Positions 9,198-18,523 of a DNA stretch of 60,549 nucleotides are shown here, piece after piece. The notes below the pieces were generated by a model. The model ran no database searches and was not told the origin of the DNA. It saw only the letters and a list, made by a program, of their open reading frames with translations. Each line of letters begins with the position of its first letter. Position 1 is the first letter of the stretch. Location of the stretch: contig CAYIFB010000003.1 in assembly GCA_964362665.1 (NCBI GenBank), forward strand, positions 27,836-88,384, given 5' to 3'. The translations under genes were made by a program, and so were the position numbers. The DNA is from an uncultured Gammaproteobacteria bacterium. Lineage in GTDB: Bacteria > Patescibacteriota > Microgenomatia > 2-02-FULL-39-11.

Positions 9198-9951
9198 GAT
9201 TTTTTCCTCTGGAAATTCTTAAAAAAACTTCCTGGATTGACGGCTCTACAGCACTTTCATGAATTATTTGTTGAGTTATTTCCAGAGGGCTTCCTTGAAC
9301 GACGATTTTTCCGTGATTCAGGAAAATAATTTTATCACACATTTCTTCAACTTCCTGCATATTATGCGACGTATAAAGTACCGTCATGGGAAATTCTTTT
9401 TTTATTTCTTTAATGAGTACCCTAGTTCTGTCGGCCATATCAGGATCCAAATTTGCAGTAGGTTCATCAAGAAATAATATACGCGGATTATTGATTAATG
9501 CTTTACAAATAGAAACCCTGGCCACTTCACCACTTGATAATTCTCTCGTTTTTTTATTTTTAAGATGAGCGATTTCAAATTTTTCTAAAAGAGAGTTAAT
9601 TTTATTTTTAATGTCTTTTACCTCGTAAAGTAGAGCAAAAAACTTCAAAGTTTCATCAACAGAAAGCCTACCCCCGGAAAAATTATTTATAAAAGTAAAA
9701 TTAACATATTTTAATATCTCTTCCCTCTGGCTAAATAAATTTTTCCCTAGGAGAATTATTTCGCCTGAGTCAGGAATTATTACGGAAAGCAACATTCTCA
9801 GAATTGTTGTTTTACCGGCACCGTTTGGTCCCAAAAGTCCAATAATTTCTCCTTCCTCGACAGAAAAAGAAATGTCGTTAACAGCAGTAAATGAACCGAA
9901 TTTTTTCGTCAGGTTTTTGACATCAATAGCGTTATTTGTCATATTAGTCAT
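9190..9951 (-). CDS. ABC transporter ATP-binding protein (partner of the ABC-2 permease)
   Basis: Walker A GPNGAGKTT, signature LSSGE, Walker B ILFLDEPT. 8-nt overlap with the permease start. Confidence 0.9.
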   Translation of the reverse strand: MTNMTNNAIDVKNLTKKFGSFTAVNDISFSVEEGEIIGLLGPNGAGKTTILRMLLSVIIPDSGEIILLGKNLFSQREEILKYVNFTFINNFSGGRLSVDETLKFFALLYEVKDIKNKINSLLEKFEIAHLKNKKTRELSSGEVARVSICKALINNPRILFLDEPTANLDPDMADRTRVLIKEIKKEFPMTVLYTSHNMQEVEEMCDKIIFLNHGKIVVQGSPLEITQQIIHESAVEPSIQEVFLRISRGKNHE

Positions 9952-10051
9952 TTTAGTTTATCTTGAGGTTCAAAACAATTAGAGACTCTTGACACTCCTT
10001 GTAATATACTATAGGATATATCAGGTGGTTCTTCCTAGAGGTTATTGATAT

Positions 10052-10060
10052 TGATATAAT
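10052..10060 (+). promoter_or_regulatory. Extended -10 promoter element TGaTATAAT upstream of ftsK
   Basis: TGATATAAT lies 14 nt upstream of the ATG at 10075. No SD. Confidence 0.45.
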
Positions 10061-10074
10061 AGACTACTGCTCTT

Positions 10075-12201
10075 ATGTCAAGAAGATACAGAAAAAAAAT
10101 ATTCAGGCGTTTTAAAATTAAAGATCAAACTCTTTATACTATATTATCTATTATTCTCATCAGCCTCTCTATTTTAATCTGGCTTTCATTCCTGCAGCAA
10201 GGCAGCATCCTATCCTCACTGAATAGAATATCTCTCTATCTTTTCGGCTGGGGATCTCTGGCGCTGCCTTTTGTCTTAATCACCTTTTCCCTGCTGTTTC
10301 TGAAGATTAAAACTCCATTCTCCAAGGCTAATATTTCTTTTGGAACGTTGCTTAGTTACATTTGTCTTTTAGCCTTAACCCAAAGCGGATTTATTGGTGA
10401 ACAAATCTGGAGTAATTTCGTTTCTCTAATTTCAGGAGTTGGTGCTTTTATTGTTCTTGTAGGTATGTTTTTTATCGGAATCATTGTCTTATTTAACACG
10501 TCACTTGAAGAAATTCTCAATATCTTTATATTCCTTTACAAAAAAATCAACAAAATTATTGAAAGTGTATTTCATAAAAAATCAAAATCATTATTTGTCG
10601 AAAAAATACCCATCAAACCGCCTGCAGAATATAAAAAACCTGAAACAACTCTGGAAAATAAGATACCACCTCTTGCCTTGGCCAAAAAAATGGAAACTTC
10701 CCAAATATCAATGCTCAATACCGGCGTATTGTCCAATCTGCCTGAAAATAATATTGTTTGGGAATTCCCGCCACTGAATTTACTCGGAAACTCCCCCGGA
10801 CAAAAAGCAGATCGTGGAGATATGAAAAAAAATGCCCATGTGATTGAAAAGACACTCGAAAGCTTTGGTATTTCAGCTAAAGTGGTTGAAGTTAATCTTG
10901 GCCCGGCTGTCACCCAATATGCTCTGGAGATTACCTTAGGAACAAAGCTCTCCAAGATCACCGCCCTCTCCAATGATTTAGCTCTTGCTTTAGCAGCGCC
11001 AACCGGTCAAATTAGAATTGATGCGCCCATCCCGGGCAGAAGTCTGGTCGGAATAGAAATTCCCAACCGGTCGTTGGAATTTGTCACGCTCAAACATATG
11101 CTTTCTTCAGATGTCCTCAAAAAAAATCAGAATAAACTATTGGTGGCATTGGGCCTTGACGTCTCGGGTCACCCTGTCATCGCCAATATTGCTAAAATGC
11201 CTCATGTGCTTATCGCCGGAACTACAGGCTCCGGTAAATCAGTCTTAATAAATTCATGGATTGCCTCTATACTTTTCCGTACAACTCCTGCAGAAGTTAA
11301 ATTGATATTGGTTGATCCGAAAAGAGTGGAGTTGACCGGATATAACGGTATTCCTCACCTTCTAACTCCTGTAATCGTCGAACCTGATAAAATTCTTTCG
11401 GCCTTAAGATGGTCGATTCAGGAAATGGAAAAAAGATATAAACTTTTTTCTGAAGTCGGTGTCAGGAATATTGAAGGCTATAACGAACTTTCAGGGTTTC
11501 AAGCAATCCCCTACATCGTAATTTTTATTGATGAACTCGCCGACCTCATGGCTTATTCTGCGGTTGAAGTTGAAGATTCTATCTGCCGTCTGGCGCAAAT
11601 GGCCAGAGCGACAGGTATTCATCTGGTCATATCAACCCAACACCCCTCGGTCGATGTTATTACAGGTCTTATTAAAGCTAATCTACCGTCAAGACTTGCT
11701 TTTAACGTCTCAACAATGATTGATTCAAGAGTAATTCTCGATACGCCAGGAGCTGAAAAACTTCTCGGAAAAGGAGATATGTTATATATTCAGACTGACC
11801 AAGCAAAACCTACCAGAATTCAAGGGACGTATGTTTCTGAAAATGAAGTTCGACAGTTGGTAGATTTTTTCAAAGCCCAAAAACAGCATGTTGAGTATGA
11901 AAAGGAAGTAACGTCTATTCCAGTTAGTGTTGGCAGATCGTCAACTGGAGCACAAATTGGAACAGATGGAAAAGATGAGAAATTCAATGAAGCAGTAAGT
12001 ATTGTCTGTCAGTATGACCGTGCATCAGCCTCACTTCTACAACGCAGACTTTCGATCGGCTACGCTAGAGCTGCCAGAATTTTGGACCAGCTGGAAGCTG
12101 AAGGAATTGTCGGGGCGGGTGAAGGCAGTAAACCGCGTGAAGTTAGAGTGAAAAGCCCGGATGAATACTTTGCCAGTCAAGCAAATCCTGCCGATCACTA
12201 A
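10075..12201 (+). CDS. ftsK: DNA translocase FtsK/SpoIIIE
   Basis: 708 aa. N-terminal TM helices, Walker A AGTTGSGKS, Walker B IVIFIDELADL, C-terminal winged-helix gamma domain (SASLLQRRLSIGYARAARILDQLEAEGIVG). Confidence 0.92.
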   Translation: MSRRYRKKIFRRFKIKDQTLYTILSIILISLSILIWLSFLQQGSILSSLNRISLYLFGWGSLALPFVLITFSLLFLKIKTPFSKANISFGTLLSYICLLALTQSGFIGEQIWSNFVSLISGVGAFIVLVGMFFIGIIVLFNTSLEEILNIFIFLYKKINKIIESVFHKKSKSLFVEKIPIKPPAEYKKPETTLENKIPPLALAKKMETSQISMLNTGVLSNLPENNIVWEFPPLNLLGNSPGQKADRGDMKKNAHVIEKTLESFGISAKVVEVNLGPAVTQYALEITLGTKLSKITALSNDLALALAAPTGQIRIDAPIPGRSLVGIEIPNRSLEFVTLKHMLSSDVLKKNQNKLLVALGLDVSGHPVIANIAKMPHVLIAGTTGSGKSVLINSWIASILFRTTPAEVKLILVDPKRVELTGYNGIPHLLTPVIVEPDKILSALRWSIQEMEKRYKLFSEVGVRNIEGYNELSGFQAIPYIVIFIDELADLMAYSAVEVEDSICRLAQMARATGIHLVISTQHPSVDVITGLIKANLPSRLAFNVSTMIDSRVILDTPGAEKLLGKGDMLYIQTDQAKPTRIQGTYVSENEVRQLVDFFKAQKQHVEYEKEVTSIPVSVGRSSTGAQIGTDGKDEKFNEAVSIVCQYDRASASLLQRRLSIGYARAARILDQLEAEGIVGAGEGSKPREVRVKSPDEYFASQANPADH

Positions 12202-12213
12202 TTTACCTTTTTT

Positions 12214-12855
12214 ATGCGTACAATTGGAGAAATTCTCAAAAGGGCCAGGCTGGAAAAAAAATTAACTTTTGAAGAAATCGAGATTCATTTAAGAATCAGG
12301 AAAAAATTTCTTGTGGCTCTCGAAGAAAATTCGTGGGAAAAGCTTCCCTCTCTTCCTTACATCAAAGGTTTCTTAAAAAACTACAGCTCGTTTTTGGGTT
12401 TAAAACCTGATGAAATGCTGGCGATTTTCAGAAGACAATTCCGCCAACAGGAGCGTCAGGGTTTACTGCCTGAAGGAGTCACTGAGCCTTTAAATCAGTC
12501 TTTTTTCCGTTATACCCCAAAAACTATTTCAATTCTTGTTATTGTTTTCTTTATCTTGTTTTTCTTCGGCTATCTCTTTTACCAATACAGAAATATCACC
12601 AGTCCTCCGCCGCTTGAGATCACATCTCCCAAAGAAGGCCAGATATTTTCTTCTGATCGGATTTCGGTCACAGGAATTACCAATACTGACGCCGTGATTT
12701 TAGTGAACAATCAGAAAATAGCTGTTGATGAGAGCGGTCACTTTTTTACCACCTTAACATTTGCGCCAGGAACTAATATTGTTATCGTCGAATCGGTAAG
12801 TAAATATAACAGAAAAAATACCGTCAAACGTACAATCCAGATTCAAGGAGACTGA
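12214..12855 (+). CDS. RodZ-like helix-turn-helix membrane protein
   Basis: N-terminal HTH (IGEILKRARLEKKLTFEEIEIHLRIRKKFLVALEE...LPSLPYIKGFLKNYSSFLGL), a single TM helix, then an extracytoplasmic domain. Confidence 0.6.
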   Translation: MRTIGEILKRARLEKKLTFEEIEIHLRIRKKFLVALEENSWEKLPSLPYIKGFLKNYSSFLGLKPDEMLAIFRRQFRQQERQGLLPEGVTEPLNQSFFRYTPKTISILVIVFFILFFFGYLFYQYRNITSPPPLEITSPKEGQIFSSDRISVTGITNTDAVILVNNQKIAVDESGHFFTTLTFAPGTNIVIVESVSKYNRKNTVKRTIQIQGD

Positions 12856-12899
12856 CATCACTAAAAGTATAAAACTCTGCTGAACGGTGTAATTTTGTA

Positions 12900-12928
12900 T
12901 TGACTGTTGGAGCTTCAAAGGTTAGAAT
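12900..12928 (+). promoter_or_regulatory. Sigma70-type promoter TTGACT-17-TAGAAT
   Basis: -35 TTGACT 12900-12905, 17-nt spacer, -10 TAGAAT 12923-12928, 15 nt upstream of the ATG at 12944. Confidence 0.5.
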
Positions 12929-12943
12929 AGATTACCTGCTCTT

Positions 12944-13222
12944 ATGAATGCATCAACTCAAATTCTTCTTTTTGCCGTCATTACTGTCTTAACGATTGTA
13001 ATGGTAGTAATCGGATATCAGATTTTCATGATACTTGGTGAAATCAGGAAAATGCTGCAAAAATTTAATAAGGTAGTTGATTCAACGGTCAACGTATCAG
13101 CCTCAATCTCCAAATCCCTGACCAATATCAACGGTTTTACCCAAGGGATGAAAACAGTAATGGGAATTTTTAACGTATTCAGAAAAAAAGATAAAAGCGG
13201 GGAGAAAAATACTCATGAATGA
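12944..13222 (+). CDS. Small membrane-anchored protein (DUF948-like)
   Basis: 92 aa. N-terminal TM helix followed by an amphipathic helix. Paired with, and overlapping by 8 nt, a YtxH-like gene, as is common for DUF948. Confidence 0.5.
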   Translation: MNASTQILLFAVITVLTIVMVVIGYQIFMILGEIRKMLQKFNKVVDSTVNVSASISKSLTNINGFTQGMKTVMGIFNVFRKKDKSGEKNTHE

Positions 13223-13610
13223 CAACTCTCATAAAGGCGGAAATTTCTGGCTGGGGTTTTTTCTGGGAGGGCTCATTGGTGCTTTTATCATTTTTATCTT
13301 AGGAACCAAAGATGGCAAAAAAATCTATGGACTCTTGGAGGACGAAGAGGATAAATTCAAAAATAAAATTGACGATAAAATTCAAACCTTAAAAACTAAA
13401 GGTGAAGAATATCTGAAAGAAACAGATAATTTGCAAAAAAAAGTTAAACAGGAAGTTATAACAGACGCAAAAACAGTAAGTCAAACTATAGTTGATAAAC
13501 TTGATGACTCCTTGGGACAACTGCAGGAAGTGCAAAAAAAAGGGGTTGAACTGACGGAGGCTGTCCGCAGTCGTTTTTTTAAAAAAAACGGTAAAAAATT
13601 ATCTTCGTGA
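13215..13610 (+). CDS. YtxH-like membrane-anchored coiled-coil protein
   Basis: 131 aa. Gly-rich TM segment GGNFWLGFFLGGLIGAFIIFILG followed by a Lys/Glu-rich helical region. Confidence 0.55.
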   Translation: MNDNSHKGGNFWLGFFLGGLIGAFIIFILGTKDGKKIYGLLEDEEDKFKNKIDDKIQTLKTKGEEYLKETDNLQKKVKQEVITDAKTVSQTIVDKLDDSLGQLQEVQKKGVELTEAVRSRFFKKNGKKLSS

Positions 13611-13656
13611 TTATATATAAATAATTCAACCCTTCACGGTAAACACAATGATAAGT

Positions 13657-13662
13657 TATAAT
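13657..13662 (+). promoter_or_regulatory. -10 hexamer TATAAT upstream of alaS (leaderless geometry)
   Basis: Consensus TATAAT ends 8 nt before the ATG at 13671. No SD. Confidence 0.4.
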
Positions 13663-13670
13663 AGCCGCAA

Positions 13671-15524
13671 ATGACTCATCGTGAACTTCGTAAAAAATAT
13701 CTGGATTTTTTTCAGGAATCGCCGCGAAACCATCAGGTAATTCCCTCTGCTCCTATAATTCCTGAAAATGATCCCACTACCCTTTTTACCAGCTCAGGTA
13801 TGCAACCTTTGGTGTCTTTTTTGCTCGGAGAAAAACACCCGCTAGGAAAAAGACTTGTCGATAGTCAAAAGTCATTCCGTGCGCAAGATATAAATGAAAT
13901 CGGTGACAACCGGCATAACACTTTTTTTGAAATGCTCGGCAACTGGTCTCTCGGGGATTATTTTAAAAAAGAACAGCTAAATTGGTTCTTTACGTTTTTG
14001 ACCAAAGTTTTAAAGCTTGATCCCAATAAACTGTATGTCACGGTTTATGAGGGTGATAAGACAGTCCCAAAAGATACCGAGTCTATTGAGATTTGGAAAG
14101 AGATTTATGCAAGTGTAGGGATTGATGCAAAAGTTGTCGACTCGCCTTCATCCGTTAGTGAAACTTCGGCGAAACAAGGACGGATTTTCCTCTACCCTGC
14201 TTCCAAAAATTGGTGGAGCAGGTCTGGAACACCAGACAAAATGCCTCCAGGAGAACCCGGCGGGCCGGATAGTGAGGTTTTTTTTGAATTTACTCAAATT
14301 CCTCATGACTCAAAGTTTGGAAAAAAGTGTCACCCTAATTGTGAATGCGGACATTTTCTGGAAATCGGAAACAGCGTTTTTATGCAGTATCAAAAACAGC
14401 CTGACGGTGCGCTCACAGAACTCCCGAATAAAAATGTGGACTTCGGGGGAGGTCTGGAACGGCTTATTTCCGCAACTGAAAATAATCCTGACATCTTCCA
14501 ATCAGATTTATTTTTTCCAGTTATTGAACTGCTGTCCAGACTTTCAGGTAAAAAGTATTCCGATCCGATCAACCAATCAGCCATGCGCATCATCGCAGAT
14601 CACCTGAAGGCAGCCACCTTCATGCTGGCAGAAGGGCTACAGCCCGGCAACAAACAACAGGGTTATATTTTGCGTCGTCTAATCAGGCGCTCTGTCGTCA
14701 AGATGCATAAACTGCATCTGCAATGTTCCACAATTGAGGCAGGAATTCAAATTTGTCAGGTTATTGGTCAGATTTATAACAATGTCTATCTTTATCCTGA
14801 TGCTAAGGAGTTCTCCAATATTACCTCGACCTTGAGCGAAGAAATAAAAAGGTTTGAACAGGTATTAAACAAAGGAATAAAACTACTGGAAAAGCAGTCT
14901 AAAGTTGATGGAAAATTAGCCTTTGATCTACTGCAAACATACGGCTTCCCCTGGGAATTAACCGCAGAATTAGCGCTTGAACGGGGTCAAAAGATAAATT
15001 TTGGACAGTTCCAGAAAGAATTTCAGAAACATCAGGAATTATCCAGAAATACCAGTAAGGGAATGTTTAAAGGTGGACTGCAGAATCATTCAGAGGTAAT
15101 CACCCGACTTCATACCGCAACCCACCTTTTACAGCAAACATTGCGGGGCATCCTTGGTGATCATGTTCGCCAAAAAGGAAGTAATATTACGGTAGAACGA
15201 CTCCGATTTGATTTTTCCCACCCTAAAAAACTGACCGATCAGGAAATTCGTGAGATTGAAAAAAATGTTAATCTTAAAATAAAGGAAAATTTACCAGTCA
15301 GTATGTCAATTAGTGCGCTCGAACTGGCTCTAAAAGAAAACGCCTTAACCGTCCCGGGAGTGGTATATCCGACAAAGGTAAAAGTATATTCTATCGGCAG
15401 CTTTTCCAAAGAAGTCTGCGGCGGACCTCATGTCGACTTTACAGGACTCTTGGGAAAGTTTAAGATAATAAAAGAGGAGGCTGCCGGTAGCAATAGCCGA
15501 AGAATTTATGCCACTCTGACTTAA
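13671..15524 (+). CDS. alaS: Alanine--tRNA ligase, short form without the C-Ala domain
   Basis: 617 aa. Class II core (FTSSGMQP, RHNTFFEMLGNWSLGDYFK), editing-domain zinc motifs HTATHLL and CGGPHV. The protein ends right after the editing domain. Confidence 0.92.
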   Translation: MTHRELRKKYLDFFQESPRNHQVIPSAPIIPENDPTTLFTSSGMQPLVSFLLGEKHPLGKRLVDSQKSFRAQDINEIGDNRHNTFFEMLGNWSLGDYFKKEQLNWFFTFLTKVLKLDPNKLYVTVYEGDKTVPKDTESIEIWKEIYASVGIDAKVVDSPSSVSETSAKQGRIFLYPASKNWWSRSGTPDKMPPGEPGGPDSEVFFEFTQIPHDSKFGKKCHPNCECGHFLEIGNSVFMQYQKQPDGALTELPNKNVDFGGGLERLISATENNPDIFQSDLFFPVIELLSRLSGKKYSDPINQSAMRIIADHLKAATFMLAEGLQPGNKQQGYILRRLIRRSVVKMHKLHLQCSTIEAGIQICQVIGQIYNNVYLYPDAKEFSNITSTLSEEIKRFEQVLNKGIKLLEKQSKVDGKLAFDLLQTYGFPWELTAELALERGQKINFGQFQKEFQKHQELSRNTSKGMFKGGLQNHSEVITRLHTATHLLQQTLRGILGDHVRQKGSNITVERLRFDFSHPKKLTDQEIREIEKNVNLKIKENLPVSMSISALELALKENALTVPGVVYPTKVKVYSIGSFSKEVCGGPHVDFTGLLGKFKIIKEEAAGSNSRRIYATLT

Positions 15525-15527
15525 CTC

Positions 15528-17792
15528 ATGTCCATATTTTCAAAATTTCTTCCGAAAAAAGAAAAATCTGAATATTTTCTGACCCTAGCTGTAGAAGAAC
15601 AAAAAATTCGTGCAGCAATTACCTTAATACATAAAAACCAGCTGACGCTGATCGGCACGGGTGAAAGCGATTATTCTCAGGGAGAAAATGAATCCGAAGC
15701 GGCAGATATTGCCATAAGTTCTGCCGAAAAAAATGTCCCTGAAAATTTTTTAGTAGAAAAAGTAGTTTTTGCGCTTCCCTACGCATATCTAACAGGCGAT
15801 AAAGTAAAACCGGAATATCTCGAGAGATTAAAAAAAATTACCAAAGATTTAGTTCTGACTCCGCAAGGCTTTGTCGAATATCCTGATGCCATAACCTATT
15901 TTCTCCAAAAAGAAGAAGGATCACCGCCTACAAGCTTGATATTAAATTTATCCAAAGATACATTGACTTTGACTTTAGTAAGAGTCGGCAAAATACAACA
16001 CACATTTCTCATCCCCAGAACTTCATCAATCATTTCAGATATCGAAAAGATCATTCCTGATCTAAAAGCTGATATCCTTCCGTCCAGGATAATAATCTAT
16101 GATGAAGGCGAAAATTTGGAGGAAGTGAGAGAAAATTTACTTCGTCTACCCTGGAATAAACATCCTGAATTTCTGCATACGCCAAAAATTGAAATTTTAT
16201 CATCCAGCGATATTATGACGGCTTTAATTGAAGCGGCGGGTACTTTTTTTATGAAAACTCACGACATAGTTTTGTTACAAGCTGACTTTGGCCCAAAAAA
16301 TAAGGAGGAAGAGACTCCCGTTATTCTCCCTACTAATACTCAAGTTCAAGAAAAAACCGATCAACAGCCACCCGAGATACAAGAAGTAGCTCCTAAAGAT
16401 GATAAAAAACATATGGTGCCACCTGATGCAGAAATTACGGAAGAAGAAGAAGAAGAAGAAGAAACGTTCGGCTTTACTAAAGACAGTGATATAGCAGAAA
16501 AAAAATCTCTCCACCAGAATATTACCGTTCCCAATATCCCGATTCCTTTAATGGTTGATGAAACAGTTGAGGAAGAAATTAAAAATGATAAACCTCAAAA
16601 AAGAATTTTAAGCGATGTAAAAATTCCGGATATTTTCAGTATTTTTAGGAAAATTAATTTCAATTCTCTCTTGTTACCTATCATCTTTATATTCATTATA
16701 TTAGGATTATCAGGCTGGTTCATTTATGCCTTTCCCAAGGCTGATGTTTCTATCTTTATTTACCCCCAAACAACTTCAAAAAATATGGATATCTCAATCA
16801 CCACCTCACAAAATTCACTTCAAAACCCTAAGAATAATATCGTAGCCGAAGAGGTTTCAGCTTTAGTGAGCGGAGAAAAAAATGCAGTTTCTACCGGAAA
16901 AACCAAAGTCGGGGAAAAAGCTAAAGGAACAATTACTGTCTATAATAAAACATTAAACAGCAAAACTTTGCCCAAAGGTGCAATTTTACAAAACGGCTCT
17001 CTCACGTTTAGCCTTGACGACAATACCAATGTCGCTTCTGCGTCTGATACGGGTGAGGGTCTCGCCTATGGAAAAACCACCTCCAAAGTAACAGCCAATA
17101 ATATCGGACCGGAAAGTAATTTATCGCAGGGTAGTAATTTTATCTTTAAAGATTTTCCGGAAAATTCTCTTTCAGCTAAAAATGAAACAGCCCTGACCGG
17201 AGGCACCAGCCGGGAAGTAACCAGTATTTCCAAAGAAGATAGGGATCATCTGGAAGAAATTTTAACCAGTGAACTTATGGCTAAAGCTAAACAGGAATTG
17301 AGTCAGAAAATTAAAAATGGGGCCGTTCTTATAGATCAATCATTATCAAAAGAAATAACCAGCAAGAAATTCAACGGCGATGTCGGCAGTGAGGCAAAAG
17401 AAGTATCAATTGCATTGAGTTTGCAAGTGACAGGCTTATCTTATCACCCGGCTGATTTGATAAGTTTATCCAAAGAAAATTCAGTTAGTGTTCCGGCAGG
17501 ATTTTCTATTGATGAATCAAGAACCGGAGCCCGGATTACAAATATCACCAAAGATAAAAATAATGAACTGCATGCCACAGCTATCATTTATTCCTCCTTT
17601 ATTCCAACTCTTGATCTGGTTAAAATAAAAAAAGATCTTTCAGGTAAAAACTATCAAAAGGCCGCAGAATATCTCAAATCCGTCGATAATATTTCGGGGG
17701 TAAAAATTGTCCAGATAAACAAATTCCCTCTTTTGAGTAACCGGTTACCTTTCAACGGGGAAAATATTACCTTGAATGTAGTTAGTTTTTAA
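15528..17792 (+). CDS. Large bitopic membrane protein of unknown function
   Basis: 754 aa. The ~250-aa cytoplasmic N-terminal region is weakly reminiscent of actin-like FtsA/PilM folds. It is followed by an acidic low-complexity linker including E8, one TM helix (LLLPIIFIFIILGLSGWFIYAF) and a ~360-aa Ser/Thr/Asn/Lys-rich outer domain. Starts 3 nt after the alaS stop. Confidence 0.6.
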   Translation: MSIFSKFLPKKEKSEYFLTLAVEEQKIRAAITLIHKNQLTLIGTGESDYSQGENESEAADIAISSAEKNVPENFLVEKVVFALPYAYLTGDKVKPEYLERLKKITKDLVLTPQGFVEYPDAITYFLQKEEGSPPTSLILNLSKDTLTLTLVRVGKIQHTFLIPRTSSIISDIEKIIPDLKADILPSRIIIYDEGENLEEVRENLLRLPWNKHPEFLHTPKIEILSSSDIMTALIEAAGTFFMKTHDIVLLQADFGPKNKEEETPVILPTNTQVQEKTDQQPPEIQEVAPKDDKKHMVPPDAEITEEEEEEEETFGFTKDSDIAEKKSLHQNITVPNIPIPLMVDETVEEEIKNDKPQKRILSDVKIPDIFSIFRKINFNSLLLPIIFIFIILGLSGWFIYAFPKADVSIFIYPQTTSKNMDISITTSQNSLQNPKNNIVAEEVSALVSGEKNAVSTGKTKVGEKAKGTITVYNKTLNSKTLPKGAILQNGSLTFSLDDNTNVASASDTGEGLAYGKTTSKVTANNIGPESNLSQGSNFIFKDFPENSLSAKNETALTGGTSREVTSISKEDRDHLEEILTSELMAKAKQELSQKIKNGAVLIDQSLSKEITSKKFNGDVGSEAKEVSIALSLQVTGLSYHPADLISLSKENSVSVPAGFSIDESRTGARITNITKDKNNELHATAIIYSSFIPTLDLVKIKKDLSGKNYQKAAEYLKSVDNISGVKIVQINKFPLLSNRLPFNGENITLNVVSF

Positions 17793-17811
17793 TCACGCTT
17801 TTCGTAAAATT

Positions 17812-18516
17812 ATGTTATTTTTTTCCAGAAGACCTAAACCTGTCTCCAAATTTTCGGTTTTATTGATTTCAACCGGACTTTTCATTTTGGTTTGGGTTTC
17901 TTATCCGATAATTTCTTTTAATATTTTTTACGCCTCAAAGTTTGAGACTATTATCCGACCGGTACCGCAAGACCAAAAATCTACGTCTATCTTGATAAAG
18001 GATGATAACCTAATTAATGTCTTAGGAACTATGAAAACAGACTTTACCAAAGCAAGCGCCTGGTTTCCCAAAGCGGTGAAAAATATTTCCTTTGGACAAA
18101 ATAAAAGCAATTATTATCGATTGACTATCCCCAGACTGAAAATTGAAAATGCCAGTGTGGTGATTGAAGGGGAAGACCTGACTAAAAATCTTATTCAATT
18201 TACAGGCCCTCCTCCCGGTAATTACGGAAATATAGTCATTTTCGGCCATTCATCATTGCCTTTCATATACAATCCCAGAGACTATAAAACTATTTTTACC
18301 AAATTGCCGGATCTTAAAATCGATGATGATATTTTAGTGACTATTGATAATATTACCTATAAATATAAAGTTACAGATTTAAAAGTTACTACTCCGGATG
18401 ATTTATCGGTCCTGACCCAGGAATATGATAACGCCTATTTGACTTTAATTACCTGTGTACCGCCCGGTACGTCCTATAAACGGCTAATTATAAAGTCAAA
18501 ATTATCAACAGCCTGA
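17812..18516 (+). CDS. Sortase-family transpeptidase
   Basis: 234 aa. N-terminal TM anchor, His motif IVIFGHSS, catalytic Cys motif YLTLITCVPPG, downstream Arg (YKRLIIKS). Confidence 0.8.
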   Translation: MLFFSRRPKPVSKFSVLLISTGLFILVWVSYPIISFNIFYASKFETIIRPVPQDQKSTSILIKDDNLINVLGTMKTDFTKASAWFPKAVKNISFGQNKSNYYRLTIPRLKIENASVVIEGEDLTKNLIQFTGPPPGNYGNIVIFGHSSLPFIYNPRDYKTIFTKLPDLKIDDDILVTIDNITYKYKVTDLKVTTPDDLSVLTQEYDNAYLTLITCVPPGTSYKRLIIKSKLSTA

Positions 18517-18523
18517 ACAATAT

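Noticed and set aside
16440-16463. (GAA)8 microsatellite encoding E8 in the 15528..17792 gene.
   Set aside because: Unit changes stay in frame and only alter the length of an acidic linker. There is no on/off switch potential, and it is probably compositional.
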